This document shows positions 9,024 to 23,656 of a stretch of DNA of 64,000 bases, piece after piece; positions within the stretch are counted from its first letter, which is position 1, and every line of letters starts with the position of its first letter. Source of the stretch: Hormiphora californensis (Eukaryota; Animalia; Ctenophora); NCBI GenBank assembly GCA_020137815.1, contig CM035352.1, positions 3,410,001-3,474,000 on the forward strand. The letters run 5' to 3'. A program made the translations under genes and the position numbers. The notes under the pieces were generated by a model. It saw only the letters and a program-made list of their open reading frames with translations, did no database searches and was not told the DNA's origin.

Positions 9024-12000
9024 CTACCGATTATCGACTACCACCTCCGGAACCATGCCAATAACTCGCATTTCTATCTCAACTGGTGCTACAATGGGGT
9101 TCCTGAGCATCTTTACTAGAGTAATCACCCGGCTGAATCCCCGGGAGACTATGTCATAACATTCACTGTAAAGCAAGGGGTTCATGACGGAGTTGATGGG
9201 TAGGATGATGATGGAAAAGATTGGGTAGTAGGGTGACATGTCGACCACCTGGGCGGTGTGGAGGGCACAGAAAATTAGGAAGGGAACCCATGTGGTGGTG
9301 TCGGTCAGAACAATCATTGTCACCTTCCGCTGGAGCACCTTGCTGTACTGGCTGGAAGATGGCATGCTATTTTGGGTGACAAGGAAGGCAATGACACCGT
9401 GACAGACAATGACGACTGTGAAACATGCCATTAGAAGTCCCAAGGTCAACCAGACAAACAGAAATTGTGGATCATCTGGAGTTAGAAAGTACTTGAACTG
9501 GCAGACTGGGTGGTTTGCATAGAAAGGAACTCTGCTTCCAACCACCCCATCAATATCACTGGAAAACATTTCTCTGACAACTTTCCTTATGGATTCCCAG
9601 GACAACTCAATCCCATCACGTTTGTGCGTCCTACCAAAGTATCCAAGTATCACCTCCAGGTGCTTTTTCTTTGACACTGATCCCAGGAAGAGGCCAACTC
9701 CCTTGCCATACGATAGCCCGTTCACAAACATGTCCTCAAAAATAGCCAGTAGAGGGATTATACTTAGGACGACCGAAAACATCACAAGCCCACTCATGAA
9801 CACCATCATTTTGACTCGTAACCTTTTCGACGTTTCGTTACTGACCCGCATGTTAATGGATCTGAAAACACCCTTCAACCTAACGACGCTGAGAGTAGCC
9901 ATGGCCAGAGAGGATAGAACTGAGCCTGTGGTAGTCACCAGACCAAGTACCTTGCAAGGGAGGCTGGTTGCCCATACTTGTCTGCTAGCACAGAACTCAT
10001 CCCCTTTGTAGAGGCTGTAGGTTATAATTGTCAGCAAATACCCACATATCAACATATCTCCCACGGCGATCAGTAGGACAATACAACTCTGCATGAACTT
10101 GCCCTCTTTAATTTCTGGGTCACGTATTGTGTTGCTACCTTTTTTGAAAGTGTAAATATTTAAAACCAGGCCTAGGGCTCCCATTATTCCACCTACAACA
10201 AGTAAACCCGTGTTGGGAATTAGTTTCAATGAACACTCTCCGTTACATTCGTCTGAAATGTCGTGACAGTCAATTTTACCATCGCATTTTTGTACGAGAC
10301 CAAGGTACTTTCGTCCATCTTTACATCTAAAGTTGTTTGAACAATTCCTTTCGTCAGATCCATCTCCACAATTGTCCCTGAGGTTGCAAACATGCTCAAA
10401 GGGAACACACAACTCGTTTCCACAGAGGAAGAAATCGTTGTGAAATCGTCCATGATCCTGTACAGCAAATGTGAGAGATCCAGTGGAGTCGAGAGCATAT
10501 ACTTTCCTCTGGATGTTGGGGCATTTCATGTGACTCAATACTGCATCCACAATTGGACATGGTAGCGTCATCGCAAAGTCCTAGGCAACTCATTAAGACA
10601 AATGCATCGCCAAAGAGACTTCTACAGCTTCGATTTGTCATACTGAGAACTCCTGTAGAATTTGTTTCGCCATAAAATTTTCTTTCGGACAGCTGGATGG
10701 TAAGACAGCCATAGCCAACCATTTCACGGTAGCCTTCTAGCCCGGGAAGACAAAGCGGCTCGAAGATTTGGGAATGGATCCTTAGAAGGGTATTGGAAGT
10801 TTTCAATACTTCCATGGACTTCTCACATGTACTTCTTTCCTTCTCACAGCTATCCATTGATGCATCGCACACCTTTTCCAGCTCTTCAAAGGTCCCAAGT
10901 CCTCTACAGATAAATACTTCAAGACACTCTGATTCTGAGTACCTGAAAGTGGATCCCTCGCCACAACTGCTCCAACCATCTGCCTCGTCCTCTCCATTAG
11001 CGCAATCCATGACGCCGTCCCTAACCCATGTAAAAGGGATCCGGGCATTTGACCCACCGAAGGGTCTTTTGCATGATTTCTTGGATAAGTTGTCGCACAA
11101 AGGAATCGTTTCGTCGAGACTCAGAGGACAGTTTGTGGTGTGATCACACAGCTTGTGTCGATGTACCCTGCAAAACGGGCTGACCTGAACACATTTCAGA
11201 TCTATACCGTCATCGCAAACACCGGGCATTCCAGGGAGACATGTCATAAGGGTAGATACGGTACTGTGGTAACCTCTAATCAAACACTCCCCCGCAACTC
11301 TGGTAGGATCGCTGCAGTTGGTCTGATCATAGCCGTTCTTGCAATACGGCTGGCCTGTGAAGCCAAATAGTGGGTTAGCGAACTCGAATGGAAAACACCG
11401 ACTTCCATTGAACAGAGGGTAATGGTAGATTTTAGTCCCGAATATAGAGTCTTCTTTAGAGTCTTCTTCTTCTCTTCCTCTTCCTCTTCTGGAGATTTCT
11501 CACACCAATCGGACGACTCCACAATTTCAATCCACTCTGGATCACCATGGTAGTCACTATCTACGAAGTTGTTCAGATTCATTTTAGATCCTTGCCAGGG
11601 CAGAATAAGAAACGAAAAGAAATAGTCCCCAGTATCAGTGGGGAATATGTCCACCCCATATTGTAGTCCTCCGCAAACAACCTCATCATAGCACCAATTG
11701 TTTGTTACTCCCTGTCCCTCTATGTCCCAGGTATTGTCACAAACCCCGTTACATGTTGAGTTCGGTATAACATTGACAGTCAATCCATACACCTCTATGG
11801 GTTCTACCTCGGAGCGTTTCCCCTGACAGGGAGAATCCTGGACGACTGCCAAATGATCCTCGCTCTGCAAGCTGCACAGGTAGCCACAATATGGCGCCAG
11901 CGGTAGTATATCGGTGGTGAATTGCCGTGTGTAGCCAAGAGGTCGGAGAATGCCGCATGCTTGATACCATCCAAGTTCGCCAGGGCATACTCCATCCACA

Positions 12001-12179
12001 GCCCAGTTTAGCCGCCGGTTAGAGTAGGATCTGAACATACTGTATTTCTGATCTGACGCCATGCACTGGAAGGTCTCCGTGGCTTCGCAGTAACGCTTTA
12101 GGTAACCCTCAACTACCATAACAGGACACTGCTCTTCAGAATCTGCAACCACAAGAAGCAGGAGAACTAAATAAGCCAT
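9024..12179 (-). CDS. Intronless LDLa-repeat rhodopsin-class GPCR (GRL101/LGR-like, no LRRs) with two frameshifts
   Basis: Signal peptide MAYLVLLLLVVADS. Cys-rich ectodomain (DQTNCSD, DGVMDCANGEDE) and LDLa repeats (CNLRDNCGDGSDERNC, CDGKIDCHDISDEC). Seven TM segments with LAxxD-like IAVGD, WVP and PINSxxNPLLY. Frameshifts near ~11460-11490 and ~10560 join the three ORFs in the track. Confidence 0.85.
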
Positions 12180-12616
12180 GCTGTAAATCAAGGTTAGGGT
12201 TTAATATTTAGATAATGGCAGACTAATCAAGCCATGATCTCTTGTTTTGTTCAACCCGAGCAAGTCAAATCAGCTCAAGCTTTGTATCTCAAAGTTCCGT
12301 CTTATTTGCATTATTTATAGTGAGATGTGCGTATTTGACCAATCACGTGGCACATGCTTTATTGAAATGCGTGAAAAGCTGTTGGTTCACAACACGGCCG
12401 TTGGACGCCAGATCAAAAATACAAAAGAACCACCCAAGCGGTACAATACAAACTTAAGATTAATTAAGATTAATTGATTAATTAATTAATATTAATTGAT
12501 TAAGATACAGTGAGTTGGGATCCCCAAATGGAGCCGGATAAAGATTCACCTAGCTCCATTCAGGGGAAACCAACCAATGGTGATTGGTGTTGATAGTAAC
12601 TGAATTTCACGAATTC

Positions 12617-12690
12617 ATAAAGGACCACCACTCATAAAGGACCACCACTCATAAAGGACCACCACTCTTCTCACCACTCTTCTCACCAAT
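12617..12690. repeat. Short tandem repeat (ATAAAGGACCACCACTC)x3
   Basis: Direct reading. Confidence 0.8.
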
Positions 12691-12784
12691 CGGGAGTCAG
12701 GAAAGAGCATTTTTATAACAAAGATTACATCCACTAAGAAGCACTCTAATTCGTATGGTTCCCTTTCTTTTCAGTTTTTTTATT

Positions 12785-12884
12785 NNNNNNNNNNNNNNNN
12801 NNNNNNNNNNNNNNNNNNNNNNNNNNNNNNNNNNNNNNNNNNNNNNNNNNNNNNNNNNNNNNNNNNNNNNNNNNNNNNNNNNNN
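12785..12884. other. Assembly gap (100 N)
   Basis: Run of N. Confidence 1.
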
Positions 12885-15823
<2,939 letters not shown>

Positions 15824-16868
15824 GCCTCCTCTGTCTAACTCACCCCATTCTCTCCTCCTCCTTCTTCCCTCTATAACAGTACCGCCCATTATCACCTTGC
15901 CGCTGTTATTGTTGTTGTGTATGGTTACACCTTACTATAATGTACTGCACATATTTGGTCCCTTCTACAGCAATAAAGCTTTCTTACACTTCGACCTAGT
16001 CATTTGTACCTATACCTCACGCGTCTTTTTAGTATATATATAGTTTTTAGTATATATCCTACAGTTCGGTACTGCAACTGGAATAACCCAGTAACTTGCT
16101 TTGAACTATTAGTGATGGTAAACAATTTAAAATGGCAGCAATTTCCAAATTGATATGTATCGCGTGGTGTTCTGTCCATTTCTGTCTGTCACAAGCATGT
16201 CAAGAAATAGTACTATCGTTTTTTGGTGTTCACCAATTAGTGTCGTGCCTCTTTTTTAGCTCGTTAGAATTTACTGACGCTCACATTTATAGTTGATTGG
16301 GTAATAAAAGAGCGAGTCAGGGATTGATCAAATAGGAACTGTGCCAAAAGAGCTGACTGTCTTCTTTTTCTTCTCTGTCGTCTGTGTGATTTTTTAAGCT
16401 CGTTTCTCAAATCCCTCTGTATCTGTCTCTCTCTATCTCTCTCTGTCCCTCTCTGTCCCTCTCTATCTCTATCTTTCTTTTTTCCCTCTCTCGCTCTCTC
16501 ACTGCTTCTCTCATTCTCTCTCGTCCTATCTCTCCACACCGTTTCACACATCACCCGGCTGCCCGTTCGTATTGGCACCAGACCGCGTCACTTTTCCTAT
16601 ATTGGTAGTTTTTTTTTGTGGGGCCAGGATAATTTTGCTGCGAATTCCGATAATTATTAATTAAAGTTGAGTACGCTTCACTGCAATTTGACTGTTGTAC
16701 TAGCCTGAGAGCTGTCTATGCCATAATTTTGAAGCCACGATTTGTAATTATAATAATTTTGTGTACTGTGCTACTTTTAACCCCCTTTTCCAAACTATAG
16801 CCTCAAACCATCCCGGACCAAGGCACAATATTTCATCCAATTAATATTAGTATAATTAGTAATATAAT

Positions 16869-16899
<31 letters not shown>

Positions 16900-17223
16900 T
16901 TCCGCGCTTGTATACCGCCCATACCCGACGGAAACATGTCAAAATATTGGCGATGCTCCGTCGAGTCATCAGAGCGGTATATCCTCGATTAAATATATAT
17001 GACACACACGAACTCTGGTTGAAAAAGAACAATATATTGTAAGACTAAATTAACTGGACATATAAAACTGAAGGATAAACTGGTCCCATAAACCTGTAGC
17101 TATAAATTTAAAACACACTTTACTTACTCCTGCTAGGAAAAAGGATACTAGGTAGTGAAATAATAACATGGCTAGAGAGAGGTTGACACTGATTGCCCGC
17201 AGGCCCCACAACTACAACAAACA

Positions 17224-20200
17224 TTACAACTCAGCCATGGGTTCCCCATCACCCACTCCAAATGCACCAACGAAGAGATGTGTTTTCAGGCGGGCTTTGA
17301 AGGTTTCGACCTTGTGGATTGACCTAAGCTCAAGGGGTAGTCCATTCCAAACATTAGGTAGAAATACCGATAGTCTCCTGCGTCTCAACTTAGAGTTGGC
17401 GTTGATACTGGTCATCTTCGGGTGTTTCAATCTGTACGGATCAGTAACATTAGTCATCCTTGTTGTCCTGGAGAGACCCCAACTGTCATCAAGTGGCACC
17501 ATTTCCTGGAGGTAACGGGGTGCTGTTCCATAGACTATCTTGTAGGCGATTAGACAGGCTTTGAAGTCCAGCCTGTAGGAGATCGGTAAAATATGACACT
17601 TCCTGAAGTATTCCATGTAATCCTCTTGGTGCCCATGGATGTTGAATATGAAGCGAACACAGGCGTTAAGGAGTTTCTGGAGCCCACTGAGAACTCGGCC
17701 AGGAAGTCCATAATACAGAATGTTACTGTAGTCAATCCTCGAAATGATCAATTGTTTGACCAACATTATCTTTGTTGTGACATCAAAACATTTGTGTAGT
17801 TGCCATAGGTTCCGTAATACCAGTCCACACTGTTTCCTCACATTATTAACCTGACGTTCGAGATTTAGATTGTGATCCAAGAGAATTCCCAGGGTTTTAC
17901 CATCCGTTCCACTGCATTCACTAGGGAAAATTTCCGTTCCCCCAAAGCTGATGACTGGATCAAAAGAGACTTTACTTAACGAACTGCGCTTTCCAAGCAG
18001 GATGAATTCTGTCTTAGCCTCGTTGCATTTTAACCACTGTCCTACCATCCACCTCTTTACCCTCGCCAAACACTCCTCAATATCCACCTTTGCCTCAGAC
18101 CAGCCAGTAGAATCCGTAGGGACCAGACTCACATAGAGCTGGGAGTCATCCGCATATAGCTTTATCCGAAGACCATAAGGTTCCACAATATCTTGCACAG
18201 CTTCAATATAAAGTAGAAACAAAATTGGACCAAGAAGGGACCCCTGGGGTACTCCACATAGTAAGGCCAGGGTATCCGAGAGACAATCACCGACTGAGAC
18301 TCTGAATGATCTAGAACTCAGGTAGCTCTTAAACCATTGAAGAGGATCACCATCCACTCCAAACCGATTCTGCAACACCTCCAACAACTTTCCGTGATCC
18401 ACTGTGTCAAACGCAGCGCTCATGTCCAAACAAATAAGAGCTACTACATTTCCTTTATCCATCTCGCCTAGTACATCATCAAACATGCTGGCTAACAGAG
18501 TTTCGCAACTGTGCCCAACACGGTAACCGGATTGATGCTTGCCCAAAAGAGAATTGCTATCCAGGTAGTCATTCAGCTGTGTGAGAACTACCTTCTCAAG
18601 AAGCTTAGAAAGAAATGGGATGTTTGAAACAGGCCGATAGTTACTGAGAGCTTCCCGATCTCCATAGATATTCTTAATAGTAGGAAACACGATCGCCTTC
18701 TGGAGAGATTCTGCTACTGTCGACTGCTGGAGAGAGTGGTTGACTATCGATGTCAATACAGGAGCAAGGTCCCGTATACACTCCTTCACTACCCAAGTGG
18801 GCAAGGGGTCAAGGTCACAATGTTTACTTGACATAGACTTCACAATTGAAACAAGTTCCTCCTCAGATACCTCTCTGAATTCCTTCCACGTTGCATGACA
18901 ATTTCTTCCAGGTTCCTCAAAGTCACCAGCTTGTTGCTGTTCTTCGTTAACTTGATTCCGAATTTTAGTCACTTTAGAACTAAAAAACTGTGAGAAATCA
19001 TCCGCCAAGCTCTTAGTGCTAGTTGTTTCAGGGAGAATAGTTTCAGCCTTTCCCAGGAGTTTCTGGAGCTTATTTTGTAGTTTCTTCGGATCTCCTTTGA
19101 CTGCATCCAAGTCCTCTTTGATGAAAAGTGATCTCTTTTCTTTATCCATATTTCCATACAGTTTCTTCAGATCGTTAAATCTCCGCTTTGCATCCTCAGT
19201 CCCATGTTTTCGCCAATACCGTTCTGCAGTCCTCCTCTCACGAAGCAATCCTCTAAGTTCCTCATCCCTCCACGGCTTAAACTTTTTCCCCGTCCTCACC
19301 CGCTTCCTCGGTACTCGCTTTTCCACTATCCCTTCCAGCCAACGATAGAAGTTCACAACACCCTCCTCTGGATCCCTCCCTTCCTCAAAATCTGCTTTCC
19401 TCAAGTCCTCTTTAAATCCCTCCAAATCCATTGACTTGTAGTCCACATATTCTCGAAACACTGATTTCTTCAGACGGGAGTTAGACAGGTCAGGTCTCAC
19501 TTGAATCCCAAACCGCACCAGGAAGTGATCTGAAGTAGTACCATTTGGAAAGATGGATATGTCATCCAGAGCAGTTTCTCTCGTAGTTATCACCAGATCC
19601 AAGGTTCCTCCATGCCTATGAGTAGGCAACAGTGGTACCCTTTGTTGAAGGTCAAACGAATCCAGGAGCTCCAACAGTTTCCTTGAATAGAAGTTGTTAT
19701 CATCTTGCACCTGGAAATTCAGGTCTCCAGCAATAATCGGAGTACCTTGCTTCATAACAAGCTCAGAAAGGTAGTCACCAAACTCTGATAGGAAAGTAGC
19801 CTCCGTAAGTCTTGACTTCGGTGTGTATGGGGGGCGGTAAATGTTACAGAGTCTCTTCGGTTGGTCCCTGTCACTGATGAGAACTTCTTGAACTTGAAAT
19901 GACTTATACTTGGTCTTTACCGGACACTGCCGAAGAACTATACCATCTCGAAAAAGAATTCCGATCCCGCCACCTCCTCTGTCTCCTCTGGGGCATGAGA
20001 AAATATCCCATCCATTATCCCTGATTTCCTGGAGTTTCCCTGTGTCAGTGGACTTTAAAAATGTTTCCTGTATGAGACAGATATCACAATCCGCGTCTTC
20101 CAGATGTGAAATAACACCTCCAGTTTTGTTGACTAGAGAGCGGACATTTAATGTCCCAATCTTCCAAGTCTTTTCCTGTGTAGTTCCTCCTTTGTCCTCG

Positions 20201-20262
20201 TCCAGTACAGGTTTTTTTCCTCTTTGCTTACACCTGAAGTCCTCTCCATAAGCCGTGCACGT
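17224..20262 (-). CDS. LINE ORF2, APE endonuclease + reverse transcriptase (1012 open codons, no AUG before the endonuclease)
   Basis: I extended the frame upstream of 19755 without a stop to TGA at 20263-20265. It contains LNVRSL, QET, GGGIG, IYRPP, GDLN, TLDLV, SDH, NYRPVS, DMSAAFD, PQGS and YADD. Confidence 0.93.
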   Translation of the reverse strand, partial: TCTAYGEDFRCKQRGKKPVLDEDKGGTTQEKTWKIGTLNVRSLVNKTGGVISHLEDADCDICLIQETFLKSTDTGKLQEIRDNGWDIFSCPRGDRGGGGIGILFRDGIVLRQCPVKTKYKSFQVQEVLISDRDQPKRLCNIYRPPYTPKSRLTEATFLSEFGDYLSELVMKQGTPIIAGDLNFQVQDDNNFYSRKLLELLDSFDLQQRVPLLPTHRHGGTLDLVITTRETALDDISIFPNGTTSDHFLVRFGIQVRPDLSNSRLKKSVFREYVDYKSMDLEGFKEDLRKADFEEGRDPEEGVVNFYRWLEGIVEKRVPRKRVRTGKKFKPWRDEELRGLLRERRTAERYWRKHGTEDAKRRFNDLKKLYGNMDKEKRSLFIKEDLDAVKGDPKKLQNKLQKLLGKAETILPETTSTKSLADDFSQFFSSKVTKIRNQVNEEQQQAGDFEEPGRNCHATWKEFREVSEEELVSIVKSMSSKHCDLDPLPTWVVKECIRDLAPVLTSIVNHSLQQSTVAESLQKAIVFPTIKNIYGDREALSNYRPVSNIPFLSKLLEKVVLTQLNDYLDSNSLLGKHQSGYRVGHSCETLLASMFDDVLGEMDKGNVVALICLDMSAAFDTVDHGKLLEVLQNRFGVDGDPLQWFKSYLSSRSFRVSVGDCLSDTLALLCGVPQGSLLGPILFLLYIEAVQDIVEPYGLRIKLYADDSQLYVSLVPTDSTGWSEAKVDIEECLARVKRWMVGQWLKCNEAKTEFILLGKRSSLSKVSFDPVISFGGTEIFPSECSGTDGKTLGILLDHNLNLERQVNNVRKQCGLVLRNLWQLHKCFDVTTKIMLVKQLIISRIDYSNILYYGLPGRVLSGLQKLLNACVRFIFNIHGHQEDYMEYFRKCHILPISYRLDFKACLIAYKIVYGTAPRYLQEMVPLDDSWGLSRTTRMTNVTDPYRLKHPKMTSINANSKLRRRRLSVFLPNVWNGLPLELRSIHKVETFKARLKTHLFVGAFGVGDGEPMAEL

Positions 20263-21389
20263 TCATTGATGTACGAGGGACACCACATACTAGAAGCTGT
20301 ATGGGTCCTCGCATACTTCTTATCCTCTCTTGATCCTCCAGCCGCACAGTTTACACACTTCATCTTACCAGTTTCGTTGTTCTTCTTTGCTCTACACTCC
20401 TTTGTCTGGTGTGTTCCAGCACAAAAGCAGCATACAGGATTTTCCTTCTGTGGACAGTAGATCGAGTCTGCTATATGTCCGTATCCTTGACAGTGATAGC
20501 ACTGAATCACATGATACCTGTTCTTGACAAAATGTTGTCGAAGACCTAAGTTGAGTTTATCACCGTTGTTAGACAAAAGCCTCCGGATCTCTGGAGCCAT
20601 CTGGATCACTGCATACCTGTCTCTTTCACTCACAAACACCACTTTCAACTTCTTATCCTCATGATAAAGCTTTCTGATATCCTCATTTTTGTCCAAAATC
20701 GCTGCCAGGATAGTCCCCTTTTCCAGTAGATCAGGGTTCAAATCATTAATCGTTACTTTCGGTTCAAGCTTCTTGGCCTCCTCTGAGAAGAATGACATCG
20801 AACAGTCCTGTGCAAGAGGAGTCAAAACTTTCTCCGCTTCCTTCATCTGGTCCTCATTAGGGAAATACAGCCGGGTATGGTCACTGTTCACTCTGGATCT
20901 CACCACCGGTATCGTCTTCAACGCAGTTTCCACTTTGGGTTTGACCTCATCAGTCCACTTCTTAGCACAGAATCCTGACCCTCCTTCCTCATTGATGCCA
21001 GTTGTAATATTCACGTAGTGTTTCATCGTAGGTGTAACCGGTTCCTCTGGATCACCACCAACAATATCACTTTTCCCATTCTCCATAGGTTTGACCAAAG
21101 CAGAGATAGTCGAAACCAGATCTTTGTGCAGCTTTGCAAACGACTCTTTCAGATCAGTTTGGTCTCCAGGAACAGAAAACGGTGCCGACGCCGGAAGCAT
21201 ACTGTAGCAGGCTTTGAGAAGATGCCACAACTGAGGTTTATGGACAGACGACGGACAAACAGTGTCACCCCTCTCAAGGCACACTAACAAATCACTACCC
21301 TTATAATCATTGCTAAATACTTCTCCTGATAACACGTCTTCAAAATCACTCTTAGTGATACATATGTCATAATTACTCGTAACGGTCAT
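20148..21389 (-). CDS. LINE ORF1 (gag-like, three zinc knuckles)
   Basis: CYHCQGYGHIADSIYC, CCFCAGTHQTKEC and CVNC...HTASSMWC. Confidence 0.9.
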   Translation of the reverse strand: MTVTSNYDICITKSDFEDVLSGEVFSNDYKGSDLLVCLERGDTVCPSSVHKPQLWHLLKACYSMLPASAPFSVPGDQTDLKESFAKLHKDLVSTISALVKPMENGKSDIVGGDPEEPVTPTMKHYVNITTGINEEGGSGFCAKKWTDEVKPKVETALKTIPVVRSRVNSDHTRLYFPNEDQMKEAEKVLTPLAQDCSMSFFSEEAKKLEPKVTINDLNPDLLEKGTILAAILDKNEDIRKLYHEDKKLKVVFVSERDRYAVIQMAPEIRRLLSNNGDKLNLGLRQHFVKNRYHVIQCYHCQGYGHIADSIYCPQKENPVCCFCAGTHQTKECRAKKNNETGKMKCVNCAAGGSREDKKYARTHTASSMWCPSYINERARLMERTSGVSKEEKNLYWTRTKEELHRKRLGRLGH

Positions 21390-21605
21390 CCTAAAACACC
21401 CGTTGCACGCCGGCCAACAACAAACTCTTCACAGATATCACTCGTAAGTTAAGTTAAAGTAGGCCTAACAGAGATCTAAAAGATTAGAGAATAGATGCTA
21501 ACACAGTTATCGGAACGATTGACGGCAAACTCAAATTAATTTGTTTAAAGTAGTGTTGAAAAGTTTGAATTATTATAATTTTTCTAACAAAAACTTTCTC
21601 TAGCA

Positions 21606-21974
21606 ATGTTTGTCCCACGATTATTGCTCCTGTTGGTATGCTTGATAACATTAGTGGGCTCAGAGCGGGTAATTGAAACTGTCTGGCCCACAACCCCAGG
21701 AACGACCCAAGCAGTCGCCACTGAAGCTAAGGAGACTACACCTCCCGCCAACACGCCCACAGCGGGACAACGCGGGTTCAGTGATGATACTAATCAGGGG
21801 GGAAGTTCGGAGCGGGATGATAGCCTTTATAGCAATGGTGGTGGTGATCAAGAGGAGGCTGACAGAGAGGAAAGTAAATCGGCTGGGAAAAATGGGGCTA
21901 GCATGAGCAGTTTGTGGTCAGGATTTACAGTGATTACCATGCTAGTGATGGCAAAAGTACTGGCATATAAGTAG
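21606..21974 (+). CDS. Small secreted Thr/Pro-rich protein with probable GPI-anchor signal
   Basis: Signal peptide MFVPRLLLLLVCLITLVGS, mucin-like TTPGTT/TTPPANTPT, acidic spacer, small-residue site NGAS and a hydrophobic C-terminus. Intronless. Confidence 0.6.
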   Translation: MFVPRLLLLLVCLITLVGSERVIETVWPTTPGTTQAVATEAKETTPPANTPTAGQRGFSDDTNQGGSSERDDSLYSNGGGDQEEADREESKSAGKNGASMSSLWSGFTVITMLVMAKVLAYK

Positions 21975-23490
21975 GAACATACACAGAAACTATAGACAAC
22001 GCAAAAAAGTTTGGAGTTTTAAATAGGAAACAAGATGACAGGTCTTGTAATTAATATATTACGAAGTTGTATGGATTTGCTCAGTAAATTATATGAAATG
22101 ACGAATATTAAAGACTATCAACGTATGAATCATTATACGCGTAATGGTTAAATTATAATTGAGTTTTCAACAGACTGAAATAACTGGACATGATGTGTAA
22201 ATATAGGCGAGTTGTGTTATTATTCTTACTATTTTTGATTTTTGTCGCTAACCAATACTCCAATAATTTTCAAAGCAAATACAACATTGAGGGGAGGGGC
22301 AAGAAAATATTACAGTTACGGTTCGGAGGGAGTATTGCAGTACTGAATAACACAAACTGCAACGACAAATGACTTGAATAATCATGAATCGCTCGGTGCT
22401 AGTCGTGTGATCTGCATCTACTCACAGTCTGAAACAAAATACACATAGTCTAGATGAGCCTGTATCATGCATATATTTATAGCAGTCTATAGATGCATTA
22501 TGAAATCAATATTTAGACAATGTTTGCATCTACTCCACCCAAATGATCTCTATCATAATTTGGTAATTTCGCCTCATCAAAGTGGTCATTGGTTCAGCCC
22601 TATGCTGGTCATTGGTTCAGCCCTGCTATGGGTGTGCCAGTCTATTGAAAGTAAGTGTGTTACTTTTGCCTTTTTCGACCCTCCCTCCCCAGAAAACAAT
22701 GTTACTTTGAAAGTAAACAGAGCTTCAGTTTAGCTAGATACATGCCCCAGATACATGCACTAATTCAGATCGACAGGAAATGACAACCAAGTTAAGATAT
22801 AATAACTGTTGCAAATTAGAGATTAGCGCCTCACGATATCAATAGTATGCATCCCAGACAGGGAACCGGAAATGGATATATAGGCACGAGATATAGAGAC
22901 AGTTGGGGAGACATGTGGAGTGATCTAGAGATGAGGAGAGGTCAGATAAGAAACGTAATGGTGTAGAGGTGTATATAGGTTCGAGATATAATTGGACTTG
23001 AGCCAAACGATGATTCATAACTTTGGATCATACGACTATATGGCTACTACAAGACAGAGTCACTCTAAATTGTTCTTAGCGGGTTAATAAGTACTTAAAA
23101 TATTAGAACTTAGCATCACAGTTAGGTGACAATCGACATATACAATAATAAATGAGAAGAAAGAATAGGAGGAGACATAATAATGGGATAATATGGACGT
23201 GAAAATGGAGAAGAGACACAAAAGGAAGGACCGATAAAACAAAAGAGCCTGCAAAGTTATTCAAAACGAAGTGCTCATTGATAGATGTTCTAATATATTT
23301 TTAGTAAACCTAGGAACATAATAGTAGTAGAAGAGTTAAAATAACAGCCAGCTTAGAACAGAATTGAAGGCGAGCGAGAGACGGAGAAAATAGAACATCA
23401 CAATGAGTCCCCCTTCTCACTATCCTTCTCTCTCGATCTATGTCTCTCTCTCTCCCTATCACGAGCAACATCTCTCTTTATGATTGACAT

Positions 23491-23568
23491 ACCCATAAGG
23501 AGTATAATCGCTCACTGGATCACTTTCTTTACCCCCTGGTAAGGTGTTCCACACAACATCTATACAAA

Positions 23569-23656
<88 letters not shown>

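Larger units (their letters stand above)
16860..21500 (-). mobile_element. Full-length, apparently intact L2-clade LINE (5' boundary approximate)
   Basis: ORF1 plus APE-RT ORF2, a 3' UTR with a TATACCGC...GCGGTATA stem, and a (TTA)n tail at ~16862-16900. Confidence 0.92.

Noticed and set aside
17168-21287. Plus-strand ORFs over the LINE (and those over the GPCR at 9589-11370)
   Set aside because: Antisense shadows of long coding regions.
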